Below, one piece after another: positions 43,055 to 58,271 of a stretch of DNA of 64,000 bases (position 1 is its first letter; the number at the start of each line of letters is the position of its first letter). Below the pieces are notes generated by a model. The model saw nothing but the letters and a program-made list of their open reading frames with translations. It was not told the origin of the DNA and searched no databases. The position numbers and the translations under genes are program-made. The DNA lies in the NCBI RefSeq assembly GCF_009914755.1, contig NC_060936.1, one strand, 5' to 3'. The stretch comes from the human T2T-CHM13v2.0 reference genome, Homo sapiens.

Positions 43055-45473
43055 CCCCGAATACTGAGAGAATGTCATATTACCCAAGTATATGCTACAT
43101 TTCATAAATGTAAAGATGTATACATTAGCTCTTTATTAAGTAAAAGTAGTGTTTCTATAACAACATAATGGCACTACCTTCCTTCTATGTGCATAAAATA
43201 AACATCTCCCATGAATCATTAAATCATAAAAAGGGCCCCCAAAACCATAAAAAGAGATGAATTACTGCAGTAAAATGACTCTCTAGGTGTGTGTTGATAT
43301 TTACACACACAGCTACTAAAATCCAGCAGTCTGAGGCAACGATTATTGTACAGTACTTATATCTCTACAAACTTAAAGATTTGGACAGCTTGTTAAAAAA
43401 CACATTGTAGCTATAGCCATTTACAGACTAATTAAGGCAATCATTAACAAATCTATCCCTCTAATTGATTCCAAATTTTGCAAAGCAAAGAAGAAAATGT
43501 AAATGAAAAAGAAATCTATTCTTAACCTACAGGAGAAAGGAATTAGGTTCAAAGACACTCTCTAGGAAACGGAAACCATGACACGTTTGTTGTCGATAAA
43601 CAGCGCTGTATGTGACCACTGCCACTTAAAGGAATGTATTCCAGAAATAATTATGTAATCCAGGCAGTAACATATGTGTTACCCAAGTCTAGTAATTATT
43701 TTTTTATAGATGCTGCTTGCATTATTTAAAATATGCATGTTTGTGGAAAGTATTTTGTGACAATTTTCTTTGTTGACATCTCCCTAAAAGAATTTATTCT
43801 CAAGGATATTCCCTTTTCATGGGAAGTAAGCCTGGAAATACCAAAACTAAACACAGGTCCACGGTGCTATTTACAAGGCAGAGAGTCCTGTACTGAAGAT
43901 CTTAGTACAAAATTCACACGTCCAGATGAATTTTGTTAAGTTGCTAGGTTTACAAACAATTGCTTTTTAAAACTTTCTACAGTTGCAGGTAAAATACAAA
44001 CAAAAGACACGCACATACACAAAAAAGAACAGCACCTTTATCTTCCTCAATGAGGCAACTTCTCCAAATAGAAGGATTTATGCTTTAAAAGGTGAAAACC
44101 AAGGAGAAGTAATTTATTCCCACTCCAAACTTGCTCAGACCTTTCTAATAGTGATTTTCCCCCACCAAATGAAAAGCTTGCTTTCAATGTCTTCGATCTG
44201 CTGTTAACATTTTTAACCCAAAACGTAAACGCAGATGATTTACTTCCCAACCACACACCCATGTCTCTCTCAGAATGAATGAGCTACAGCATCACAATAG
44301 TTCCTGGACTTCCTGCCTCTCCGGAGCCCACGAAATATACATGAAATGGTTTCGTGCCACCTGCAAATGAAAAAGTCAAATAAAATTTATAGTTTGGAGG
44401 CAGATTTCCAAAAACCCTGGAACGGCTAATTTAATACATCTGTCATATATAATTACACACAAAATGTAATCCAAAACATCTATTTTTTTCTTTCTCTCTT
44501 CAGACAAGAATAAAGCAATTGCCCAGACCTGAGCTTAAATAGCTGCCCCACCAAACAACGATATTCACCTCTGACGTTTTCATGCACCAATAAAATTTGA
44601 TCATTCAACGTGCTTTTCAGGAGCAGTTGCTCTCTCCATTACACAAACTGCTGCACTGGATTCCTGGTCTTTTTAAAGGATGACCATAAATCAGGATTAA
44701 AAGCCACAGGTGAGCTGCTGTTAACTCAGAATGTCCACACTGTCTTTCCTAAATCACTCATCAACCCAGGTATGACCAAGGAAAAAGGACTGCCCAAGGT
44801 ATGCTCTAGAATAGAAAGCGTCTTTCCAACTCTCTTCCGAAAAATCTGAAAGACTGCATTTATGGTCTAGATGCAATTTGAGAGAATGCAACGGTTCCTT
44901 ATCTGGAAAGAGAGAGACAAAACATTTATAAAACTTTGTCTGTCAGAGCGGCCAGTTCAGGCATTGCACTTTTCCCTACATCTGATTCCTTAGTTACTTA
45001 AATTTTAGATTGCCTAACCCCCTTCCACTGAATCCAAAGAAAGAGGAGTAAGAAAAGACAGGCTTAACACAGATGTGGCTCTGTAACTGTTGGTTAAACT
45101 GGGTAAAAAATATTTGTGCCATATATGATCAAGTGTTATTTTAAATATAGAAAGAGCTGTTAGAAAGTAATCAAAAAGAGAAATACCCTAACATTGAAAA
45201 ATAGTATTCATAGGATATGAATAGGAAAGAGTGATTCTCCAAAGAAAAAATGCCAGCGGCAAACAAGAACACTATTTAACCTAGTAGTAATCAAAGACAA
45301 GCAAATTAAAAGACTAATGAGATATTCTTTTTTCCCCTTAATTATAAAACTTACTGTTGGCAAGGGAACAAGGTAACTGATATTCCACACACTGCTATAT
45401 TCCATTTAGCAGTATAAACTGCTGTCATTTTTTGGAGGTCAGTTAAGAATAGGAACTTTTAAACTTAAAACTC

Positions 45474-46090
<617 letters not shown>

Positions 46091-48442
46091 TAAACTTCAA
46101 ACTCTTAAAGTACATAGGTAGTTTTGGCCCCAGGAATTCCCCTTCTGGGAATATGCCTTAAAAAAAGACTGAGCATATTTTTAAAAACATATATGAATAT
46201 AAGGAGAGCTATCACAGCACACTATTGAAAACACTACAAACACTGAACCAGTCCATAGCAGGTCACTTGGAAGACCTGAAGGGAAAGAGAATAGGAGCTT
46301 CAACAGAGGCGATCCGGATCCAAAGGAACCACTGGGTGCTGTGCGGTTACGTCTGAGGCCATCACCCGCTGCAGAGCCAAGCCTGCGGCGACTGGGAGGT
46401 GAGGTGAGCGCTCATCAAACCCAGCTCCCACACAGAACGTCCGTGAGTGTCTGATTCACACAGGGTTCATGCAGTGTGTCACTCCCTGGCATCTACACTC
46501 CTCTTTGCTAAACTCAAATGCACCCCTGATCAGTAAAAACTATTTTAATACACCCCCTAAATATGTGTATTATTACACCTATGAATGTACTAATATATTA
46601 TGTACATTAAAAAATATGACCTCAATTTTTTAAGTGTTTAGGATACAATGTAAATTACATATAAATCAAAGCTCTGTTTTCCTTGCACACACCCTGGGTG
46701 AGAGACCGCCGCTCCCGGAGGCTCTTCGTCCTCTGCAGAACACACCTGGGGTGGTGAAAGGTGTCGGCTGAAGCATGGAGCACATCCTCCGGGCTCCCCA
46801 GTGACCTTGGGCACTGCCCCCCAACAGAGCTTCAGGCCCCTCCCCCACTATGGCCCCGAGGATGCCCCTCCCAGCCTGTCTGAGGAGTCATGCCAAGTCC
46901 CTGGCACCCAGGGTTAAATTCCTTCATTTGAGCACACGTCCGGCGGCCCTTCATTGTAAGCTCTCAGTAAACGGTTCCCCGGAAATTAAAATACAAAAAT
47001 TCTCCAACTTCAATCCATGAAATGAATTATAATTAGAGAAAAATAAAATATGTTTTAGTTTTAATTTTCTATAATCTTAAAAAATATTTATGTATCTATC
47101 TTTTATGTCTCCGAGAAGGCACACACAGAAAGTAAAAAGCCCAGGGCGGGGGCTGCGCAGCCTGCCCTCAGGCCTTCCTCCAGCAAGGAGGCTCCCAGTG
47201 CGGCCGCCCGCTTCCCAGGCCAACTCCAGACTGTGTTCCAGTCCCACCCTGGCAGCCTGGGCAACACCAGCGAGCTTCTGAAGCCACTAGCACCTCAGTT
47301 CCTCATCCTCAAACATCAAACAAGGACCCCCGCCTCATGGGATTTGTAACAATTAAATAAGACAATACTCGAATGCAATGGTTGCTTAATGCTTAATAAA
47401 TATAGCATTAAAAGCTTAATAAGGAAAGCATGAAATGCTTAATAATTATCACCTAGAATGGTTATCGTCACTGATGACTAAATTTAAGAACAATCATTAG
47501 CTGAGTGTGCTGTTTGGTTACAGAACTGGGGGAGTCTCTGGCAGAGTATAGATTAAGTGTATTCAACTTTGTCACAATAAAATGTAAAAAGAATCAAATT
47601 TTGGCACTGCGGATGCATAAACACGCAGAGTTAACACATTACATATTAAATACTATATCTGACATGTGCGCACCCCTGTGTATATACATAATTCTACTTT
47701 TTTAAAGCCTCAACAATGGAGTTACCAAAAGTTTTCAGCGTGCTCTCTACTATCCTTTTCCCCCTTGGAGAGCATCAAATCTCAAAAGGAAGAAAGAAAA
47801 GATTCACATAATTCTAAAAAAATCTATTTCTAAGATTAAAAAAGAAAAAAAAAAGAAATTGCCATAGGTGGTTGCTTCCAAGCCCTCGTAAGATTGTCTA
47901 ATTAGATTGAATGAGTTTTTATTTCATTCATTCGGGGCTGAGACATGATGAAATCCCAGTTTAATCAACCCTTGGTCCCAGGGCTGCTCAGAAAAAAACT
48001 TTTCCTCAAAGCCATGAACTTCTGCCAAGAGCGTGTTAATTTTAGCTTCTGTATTTCCTTCTTCCCTCTGTAATAGTAATGAGGTGCACTGAAATGTTAA
48101 TATTACTTGGGATGTTCATTTAAACTCTTTCTTAAACTTTTGCCCTAAGTTCTCTTTTTCTAATAGGCAAAGTGATGTTTTGCCAAGCGAGAGGCACAGA
48201 TGGAGAACTCAACGACGAAGTTGTGAAGGTGAATGCGTCACTGCTAAAATATTAATTGTATTTAAATGAGAATGTCCTCTCTTTTCCCCAAAATACCAAA
48301 GCAATCAACTCAGGAATAGTCTACTGAATAAATGGGTTCTAGTCCTTTTAATAAAAATAAAATTAATATATAAGAAAATTAAGTAATAATAGTAATGGCT
48401 GATATTCGTTGAGCACCTCCTAAGAGCCAGCCCTTGCTCTAA

Positions 48443-48773
<331 letters not shown>

Positions 48774-48980
48774 AGCACTCCTGTGTTTTCACCTGGATGT
48801 CTGACCCCACAATTGCAACATCTCATTTTCCCAAAGTGATGGAGACCCCTGGGGACAGACACAGAGATTTCAGGTGGTTTAAACGCTGGCATTCAATAGG
48901 ACTGGGTCGTTCTGTGAAGAAATTATTCTCTTTCCGATGTCTTGCCAATCCTACTGATGCCATTGAGGCAGAAATATTTC

Positions 48981-49276
48981 TTTTTTTTTTGGTTTTGTTT
49001 TATATTTGTTTTGAGATAGAGTCCTGCTCTGTTTCCCAGGCTGGAGTGCAGTAGTGTGATCTTATCTCACTGCAGCCTCAGCCTCCTGGGCTCAAGCACT
49101 CCTCCCACCTCAGACTCCTGAGGAGCTGGGACTACAGGCACATGACACCATGCCCAGCTTATTTTTTAATTTTCTGCAGAGACAGGGTCTCACCATGTTG
49201 CCCAGGCGGGTCTAGAACTCCTGGGCTCAAGCGATCCTCCAGCCTTGACCTCCCAAAGAGCTGAGATTTCAGGCGA
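48981..49276 (-). mobile_element. Alu (AluJ-like), antisense
   Basis: CTCCTGGGCTCAAGC in both arms; 5' end truncated or degenerate. Confidence 0.88.
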
Positions 49277-50332
49277 GGGAGAGATTCCTGCTTCCTGCTG
49301 GTGTATCTTTAATTTCCCCAGCATTGCCGATCTCCCCTTTCAGTGGACACAGAGCAGGACACGGTATCTGCTAAGAGACGAGTCATCCTGTTTGCTTTTG
49401 TTGTGTTCAATTTTTAGCCTCTATTTTTCATAAATAATCCTGGCTTTCCACTTATATTAGTTATGTAAAATTTTATGATAAAATATTTTATTATTGAAAA
49501 AGTGTCTCATTACAAAAGAGAACATTCAGCAAATAATAGTACTGTTGGTTCCAGATATGGCAAAAAACGTAAAACACAAATGAGTTAAGTTTGGAAGTCT
49601 CTAACAATGTTACGAATATAGTATATTCTGTAAATAGTACTGCCTGTAAGATGTTGTTTAACTCTAACAGTATTTTTTTCAATATACTTGCCCATAGAGC
49701 CCACTTTTTGAAGGAGAATCTCCAGTGTGTCTGATCCACATAAGACTGTTTTCCAAAATAAAAAAACATTTTAATAAAAAAAGAATATGACCAAATAATA
49801 GATTAAGAATTTTCAGAAAGCCTCAATTAGAAGATAAATCTATCTAAAATATTAGAGTTTATAAATACGTTGTCAAATATTTACTAGATTCTTCCTCATA
49901 TAGACCATGTCAAATTTATGACACGATTCCACCCCATAAGTGATCATAATTGCATCGAATCACAAGACATAAATCAAACACATGGAATGTAGAATGCAAA
50001 AATGATTTATTGAAAACCACTACACGCTAAATGATATTGACAGATTATTTATGCAATCAAAAACAAAAAGGATCAAAATAACCTGCAGAAACAAAAATAA
50101 GCAAACAATCTCAAGAGGTGCTGACCTTGTACGAGCGGAAACAGGGACACAGGCAGGAAGGGACCTTCACAGTATTAGAGTCTATAATACAAATACATCA
50201 CATTTGTAACAACAACAAAAAATACCAGCTACTCAAAAAACTACTACTGACACACTAACAAAATAGATATTGAAAGACACTTTCACTACCATCTAACTGA
50301 CCTCTCCCTGAACCTATCAGAACTTATCAAAT

Positions 50333-50645
50333 GGCCAGGCATGATGGCTCATGCTTATAATTCCAGCACCTTGAGAGGCCGAGGTGGGGGGATTGCTTGA
50401 GCCCAGGAGTTCAGGGCCAGCCTGGGCAATATAGTAAGACCCTGTGTCTACAAAAATTAAAAAAAAAATTTTTTTAATTAGTTGGGTGTGGTGGTGTGTG
50501 CCTGTAGTTATAACTACATGGGAGGCTGAGGCAGGAAGATCACTTGAGCCCAGGAGGTCAAGACTGCAGTGAGCCATGATCATGCCACTGCACTCCAGCC
50601 TGGGTGGCAGAGTGAGACTCTGTCTCGGAAACCAACAAATAAAAA
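50333..50645 (+). mobile_element. Alu (AluJ-like)
   Basis: Dimer; TSD AGAACTTATCAA / AGAACTTATGAA. Confidence 0.9.
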
Positions 50646-52219
50646 GAACTTATGAAGTGCCATGGAACAGGCATTCTTCCATTGGGTCAATGCTAGCCCG
50701 CATATTTCAACACATCTGAAGAGGGGATAAATCTTATGAATGACACTTATTTTTAATGACATACAATAACTTATGCCAATTCATCTTTACATGCTTGAAA
50801 CAATTGAGGGAAGGGGGAAGGAGAGAGAGCTTGCATGAGAAGCATATAATCTGAAGAAGAGGTGAGCCTGCAAGTCACTCTGCCAGGTGGGCATTTGACC
50901 TGGAGTGTGTGTGAGATGAGGTCTCATGCCTACCCCCTCCACTCTCCGGATCCCCCATATCTCTTGTAGTGTATCTTGCCAAGACAAATGTAATCCCAAT
51001 GTTTAGGGAGATTATTCATCACTATTAAAGATTCCAGCAATTTCACGGATGTTCATCTGAACAGACAAAGCTCATCGGGTTTAAAAGAAAATCTTGCAGT
51101 GCTGGACTTTCTAAGCAAAGCCTGTGAGCCCTTATGCACCTCTAAATAATGAGAAGAACGATGCTGTGCTTGGAGAAATTTCTTCAGTGTAAGCAGGTGT
51201 CTGAAGGCCACAGTAGTGAAATCAATGCTTTCAGTTCCAACAGAATCATAACCTCTCCCTTATATGGTCCCAGAACTCATCTTTTGCATTGTCAAGGGGC
51301 TGAATCACAGTCCTTAATGAACTAGTAACAATAGGATTTTGAGTCATAAAATCCACTTTCCATTTTGGCTTGGAGTGGTGGAGGTCACACTAAGCACCAT
51401 CCATTTGAAGGAAGGATAGAGTCACCTATTCATGAGACAGGAGGGATTTCAAAACATCTGGTGATGATTATGCTCTATAATCAGCTGACATTTCTACTTC
51501 CTTTACCTCTGATGCAAGTGCAATGAGATCCAACCAACTCCCACGGAGCCAGCTGGTAAAATAATTAAAGTGCTACCTTACCCTGTGTTTTCAAAACGAG
51601 AAGTTTACCTTTTGGTGTACAGAGAAACGGTGATTTTATTTCAATATCTAGAAGAAAAACATACGTACTCAAGGGAAATAACATGAAATTAATATGTATG
51701 GATACATATATTTAAAATACGCATACCAAGTAAATCTGTTTTGTGGCTAATATCCCAGGGCTAACTAATAATCAAAACAACACTTCCCTATAAGAATGTT
51801 TAAATGCAGATTTATGTTCCTGAGAAATGTTATAGCCTAAGAGGAACTTCTAAAGGCAGATAAAACCTGAATGTCTTTCTTTGTGCCGCTGTTTTAGAGG
51901 TATCAAGAGCAACATGTTTTACATTAGTCAGAAATAAATAACAACAAAACCATTCACAACCTTTTTGGGAAATGAAACACGTCTGAGACGGAAAGGGCCA
52001 CGCTTGCAATACTATACTTGCTCTTTCTCTTACTACATGGAAATTCTAGAGATACTGACTGTGTTTAAATATTATCCTACAAAAGCCCCTCAGCTGCCCC
52101 ACTGGTAAGGTCTGTCTCAAAATTTCATTACAAGTTCATATTAGATTTAACCCAAATTAAAGTGATTCTCAAAGCAAAATCACTATTATAAACAGTATCT
52201 AGTAAAATTCAAATCAAAA

Positions 52220-52694
52220 TGACACAGGGCAGATAAGCCCCAAAATTGGGGCTTAACCCAGGAGGGTTCTTGGCATTGCCCAGGAAAGAATTCAAGGGTG
52301 AGCCAGTGGTAACTTTTACTGAAGCAGCAGTGAACAGCAGCAGCAGAGGTCCTGCCCCTGGCAGAGCAGGGCTGCTCCACAGGCCGTGCTCCCAGAGCAG
52401 CAACTCAGAGGCAGCTCTGCAGTCGTACTGATACCCACTTTTAATTACATGCAAATTAAGGGGCAAGTTATGCAGCAATTTCTAGAAATAGAGTAGTAAC
52501 TTCCAGGTCATTGGGTCGTTGCCATGGAAAGGGGAGGCAGCTTTTGGGTGTTACCATGGCAATGATAAACCAACATGGACTGGTGGGCATTTCTTATGGG
52601 GAGGTGCTTTTGCCTTGTCCCTGTTTCAGGTAGTCTTCAATCTGGTCCACAGCCCAAGCCCCACTTCTGGAGTCAAGTCTCACCTCCTACCTCA
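52220..52694 (-). mobile_element. ERV1 solo LTR (LTR15-like), antisense
   Basis: TGA...CCTCCTACCTCA ends; AGGAAAGAATTCAAGGG, ATGCAAATTAAGGG and GTTGCCATGG motifs. Confidence 0.7.
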
Positions 52695-52739
52695 AACTGA
52701 CCTAAGTTTATCTAATTATTACTCTGTGTGATCAATTTT

Positions 52740-54130
52740 CATTTAATTACCCATGCACTTATCATGGCCTTTCATTCATTCCTGCATTTGCATGCTTTCT
52801 TAGAGCTGGTTTTCCTTCTATTTGAAAATGCCTTTAGCATCTCTTTCACTGAAGGCTGACTAAGTCAAAGTCTTTCTGGTTGGTTTTTCAAAAATACTAT
52901 TATTTAGTCTTCATTTTTAAAGAATATATTTTCTATATATAGAATTCTAGGTCCTTGGGTTCTCTTCATCTTAAACACATCACTCCATTGTCTTCTGAAT
53001 GTCATTATTTCTGTTCAAAAGTCAACTTTAATCTTATTGTTGCTTTCTTTTACGTTAATTGTCATTTTCCTCTTTTTAGCAAGTCCGTTATGATATACCC
53101 AGGTGTGATTTCCTTTACGGCTGGACATCATATCACTTCTTGAATCTGTGGCTTGATGTTGCTCACTAGCTTTGGAAAATTCTCTGTTTCTCTCTTTCAT
53201 CTTTGCTCTTGAGAATATATTCTCCTGACCTGTATTCCAGTTCACTCATTCTAATATTCTCTTAAGCCAAAGTATTATATTTTTAACTTTGGTTATTCTA
53301 TTATTCAGTTCTAGAATTTTTATTTGATTCTTTGTATATATTTTAATTTCCTGCTAATCTTGTCATGTTTCCTTTTATTGATTTATTATAGTTATTTTTA
53401 AATCCACTATGAAAATTCCAGTATCTGGATCATCCATGAGTCGACTTCTGCCCCCTCTCCCTTGGCCTTAGTTTCTTGTATGCCTGGGAAACTTTTCCAC
53501 TGGACACCAGACAATGTATTACAAAAAATTATAAATACTGTGGATTACGTTAATTTACCCCAGAGAGAATTTATTTTGTTGCAAGCAGGCAATTAGAGTA
53601 AGAGGAGAGATTCTTAATCCAGCCTGTGCTTGAACTATTTCAAAGTAGATGTTGAGTTTCAGTGAGGATTAATCTATTTCTGGTTCACTTGTGTTCCTGG
53701 CTTCTGGCTGTTTGGCAACTGCAACCAAGAGCCTGGATGTTGACTGGCCCATCTTCCTGGGCAGGTCCTGAACTTCATTTTTGTCTCTCTAGGTCAACGT
53801 TATTATGAGTTGTTGCTTACCTCCTCAGCCTCTTTGCTGGCACTTTCTGTTCAATTCCCCAGCCTTTTGTCTGCTGTGATTAATTGGAAATGCTTCAAGA
53901 GAAACAGTGGTGCAAAACACTGGAATCACTCTGAGGCTTTTTCCTCTTCTCCAGGTTTTTACCCTCAGTCTTGGCTGCTGTGATAGCCTTGAACTTCAAT
54001 TTTAGTCTTCCCAGGTCTGAGGGGCTTCCAACGGCTCTGGTCAGCTCTGTTCACCCTTGGCCATGGCTTAAAATCAGCAGAGGCATCAGCTCAAAAGGCA
54101 TTTCCGAATATTAGGAACACTGACTGCATT
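52740..54130 (-). mobile_element. Ancient L1M remnant, antisense
   Basis: T-rich, with GAATCTGTGGCTTGATG and TTTGGAAAATTCTC segments typical of old L1M; boundaries approximate. Confidence 0.5.
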
Positions 54131-54717
54131 TCTCTTCTGTAGTGGAGTACAGATACCTGACACTCCTCTAATCCAGGGGTGAGGTCTACGTCCTTGCTCT
54201 ATGACCGCTTTGACCTCCCTGCAGAACGGGACTGAGGTGACGTTCTGCTAGTCTCCTGGCTCAAGCCTTAGAGACTGGCAGCTTCCACTTCCTGTCTTTT
54301 GGAACACTTGCCCTGGAAAAAAAAGATGTCGTGCAAGAAGTCTGACAACCCTAAAACTATCACGCAGTGCGGAACCCCAAGGTTGCCACGGGAGAAGCTC
54401 CCAGACATGCATGGGGCAGCCTTCAGAGGACTCCAGCCACAGCCACCACCTGCCCGCAGTAGTGTTAGGGACTCCAAGCAGAATGACACAGCTGAGCTCA
54501 TCGGCTCCAAGAACCTGAAATGGGGGTGTGTCTGCTCAAATTAAAAGCACTCTATGTAAGTTGTGGTTTAGCAATGACTTTGCATAATGTGTTGATTGAT
54601 CTGTTCAATTAACTCCAATAAGTGAGAGTTGACTCCCCTCTGGATGCTGAGCATTGTGATTTCTTCCAGCAGGATTTCCTCTCTGAACCAAGGGTGCGTC
54701 CTTTGTACCTGACATCT

Positions 54718-54758
54718 ATTAGGTTGGTGCGAAAGTAATTGCAGTTTTTTGCCAATAA
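54718..54758. mobile_element. MADE1 (Hsmar1 mariner MITE), one terminal inverted repeat only
   Basis: TA + TTAGGTTGGTGCGAAAGTAATTGCAGTTTTTGCCA. Confidence 0.85.
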
Positions 54759-57700
54759 AACACTCAAAAATCGTTTCCTAATGGTTCCTTTAGAAATCAT
54801 CACAGCGATTCTGTAAAGATTTCCAGGGCATATGGTCCCTAAAGGATCATCCTGAAATGAAGCATGAAGGAATTGGGACACAGAAGTGACAATTTTTCTT
54901 CTTCGATAGATAATAAGAACTGTCTCCCGGTACCGGAATGCTTCAGCTTGGTCTTAAGATAAAAATGTCTTGTTTGAGTAAGTTGGTCCTAGCACTTAAA
55001 AAATCTGAACATCAAAAAGACACGTTTTCCAATGGGGAAAAAGTAGAAAATTATATCAAGAAGGTAAAATAGTCTACATGACTCTTAGCAAGGACTATCC
55101 TGGGTAGAGGTGTAGGACAGTCATTTGCAAATTAGATATTTTCTGTTCAGGAAAATGTGGGCACTTTGGTCTTTTCACTGGGTTTGTCTTTTTGATGAGT
55201 TACTTTAATTTCTCCTGTTTCTCAATTTCATGAAAATTCAAAATAATTCTGAGGGATCATTTTAATTTCTCCCAAAGATTGATTCTTGGAGTCTCTTGAG
55301 TTGAAACCAATGAGACGTTCAGGTCCCATCAGCACATGTGAGTCAACACATCCCTGAAGTGGGAGGACAACCACGTGAAGAAGTGAATTCTCCTACCACC
55401 ACTATCTGTCCTACTCATCTTCCTCTTTGCTTCCCTCAACTTCATCCCACTGTTCCCGTTCACACCCTCTTGCCTCATCCCAGCCAAGTTGATTTCCCTT
55501 CCTGCCTCTCGTATAATTGCAAATTATCATTTTAAGGCTGGAATATTCATTCACTCCCAAGACTGGAGTAGGGGCTTAGTAATTAAGGAGAAATGTTCCA
55601 GAGAAAAACACATTCTATGTGGTCACGGACAGGAGTTTATAATGCAAGCAGTCAGACCTTAAGCATCCCTGGCTTTCCAGTCTCCACTTTTACAAAGGGA
55701 CATCTCAGAGCTTCAGTAGTGGTCTAGTCATGTTTAATCAATTTTCATTTCCCAAACCCAAGTGTATCCCATTTTGACATCTCTATATATAAATACGCTG
55801 CTTTTTAAAACATTTTAAAGAATATAAGCAAGGTTTTCTAAAATACATGCCTAAATACCAAAAAATACAAGCATAAACCATACTTGTTTTTCTAGGGGAA
55901 AAAGCAAATCTCCCCGCTTAGTTTGAGTCATCAATCCAAAACTGAAAATAAAAGCCTTGAGATGCAGTTTGCTCTGACTTTACAAAAATCGAATTCCTTT
56001 CTATATAATAATTGAATTTGAATCTACTCGAGTTATGTGAACACAGCTATAGATGATGACTATTTATACCACATAATTACTAAATTACAATACCATTGAC
56101 ACTCCCACCAAAGAAAAGTTTTGGCTTCATCATTTACAAAAGCTAACTGGTCACCCCGTGACTGTTGCTGGTGAGGAAAGCAGGGGAGAGAAACTGCAGG
56201 GAAGGAACTGAGCTTTACTGAGGCCAGTTCCCTGCCAGGCAACGCGGTAGCCATTGCATACACATTCTCTCCTCTGAATCTTACAACAGTCCTATAAATT
56301 ATGATATCAGTATACACGATTACACAGATAAGGGAGTTGAATCAGAAAATGTTCAGATTAAACAATAATAAATACCAGAGCCGAGGTTTTATCTTGGTGC
56401 TGCGTGACCCCTGAATATACCCAGGGGCTTCCCACCATTCCACACCACCTCAGCCTGCCTGTCTTGTCAAATGGATGGGGATATTTGCATAAGTTCTTAA
56501 CAGCAAGAGAAAAATGCTCACGCATATAGCAATAGTCTTCCATTTGGTAAGAGCCTCCACTGAAATGTGGAATTCCCATATATTTGTGGATTTGAAAACT
56601 ATGATCCTAGACTTAGTTTCTTTCTGAAGGTATTTTGTGGGAGAGCTGAGGAAGCGAAAGGCCCAAGTCTGAAAGAAGTGGTGGATCTCTCTCTCTCCTC
56701 TCTGTCTCCTGTGCTCACATTGATTTTTGCAAAGCTCCAATCTGGAAGGACGAGGAACACGTGACTCACAGACAGGAGGAAGGAGCTAGGGGAGTTCTTC
56801 CCAGTTCTGGGTGGAGAACACTCCACAGGGCCCCCAAGTCATAATTCAACCCTGAGCCCTTTAACAAATGTGTCTTTGACTGGGGCCAGGCCTGCCCCCA
56901 CGGAGGATGTGCACCAGGCACTTAGTTCCAAGTTCACGGGAAACTTGGCCACGCAAAGATGAAACATGTTAAGGGGATGTGGGTGGGGCAAAAATGTCAG
57001 CAAAGGCGACATCAAGATTCCTCTAAGTACACAATGCACACTTCAAGGGCCTCAGGGTGGGTGAGGGTTGGTTCCTGTAGTTGTTAACATTATTTTGCTT
57101 TGGTTTGTTTGCTTGCAGGGGTCTAGGTATGGACAGGGTATTTTATACATATGTCTTCTATAGGAATCAGGACGTTTTCTACAATACTTCCCAGAGTTGA
57201 ATAAAGATCAGTAATTGGCATCATTCAATCAGGAAACTTTCTGCAAATCCATCAGCATCTTCCAGTGAGAGGACAAGCTGAGGCTACATGTTTAGCACAA
57301 ATGCTTTTAATTGTTACCAACGATGATTTATTCATATTTATGCAATGCCACACACACTGGGGACTTTTCCATGTGAGGACACAAAATAAATACTTTTCTT
57401 AGAAATTAGATTCTTTTGAAAGAAAAAGCTCACCAAAAATAACAGCAGCTAGGCATTTTTTATTGGTTCCAGCAGATTCCACCAGGATGAACATCCAGTC
57501 ATCAGCAGTTATTGGTGTGTGTTGATCAGAACACAGAAATAAAGGTGAAACTGAGGTCAATATTTACTTCAAAAAGGGAACGACATCTCAATATTCATGC
57601 AAATATTAGCTCGGAAAATATAGCTTTCATTCTGAATGCTTCTCTCCAAATATCTAGCACAGATGTAGCCAGGTAGATGTTCCTATCCATAGGGAAAACT

Positions 57701-58178
57701 GACTTCTAGAAAGTTCATCAGCATCTAATTTGCGTATACAGCTAATCCAAGCACATGAAAAGCTACATTTTCTTTATGCTGAATAGTTTCCCAATTATTT
57801 GTAAATTAGTTGACTTGCTTTTCACATTTAGAATTTTAAAATCTCCTAGCTCATTATAGAGACTCTTTTAAACCAGTCAGAACAGATTTCCTTCTCGCAG
57901 GCTACTATAATAAATATTAAATTGAAAAATTGCTCATTTACCACAAGGTGCCACAATGTTGATTAAATTGTACGCACGCCAGCATTAACACTGCTCTCGG
58001 TTGGAGATAATTGGAACTGTAGTGACATGCAAAGGGCTGTACAAAAGCACAAGAATGTTTACTGCAGCATGATTTGTAATAGTGAAAAATTCAAGGCAAC
58101 CAAAGTGTTAGCAGTAGTAAAATGAATGACAGCACATTAACACTGTTTTATTTTTAAGTGATGTGTGCACCCATGTTC

Positions 58179-58216
58179 ACAGCACTGCTTCCCTACAGCA
58201 CTGCTTCCCTACAGCA
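58179..58216. repeat. 16-bp tandem duplication
   Basis: ACAGCACTGCTTCCCT x2 followed by ACAGCA. Confidence 0.85.
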
Positions 58217-58271
58217 GTGCATGCTGCACACTGCAAAACTCCAAGGGAGACGCCTGCAACACTGTCTATGT

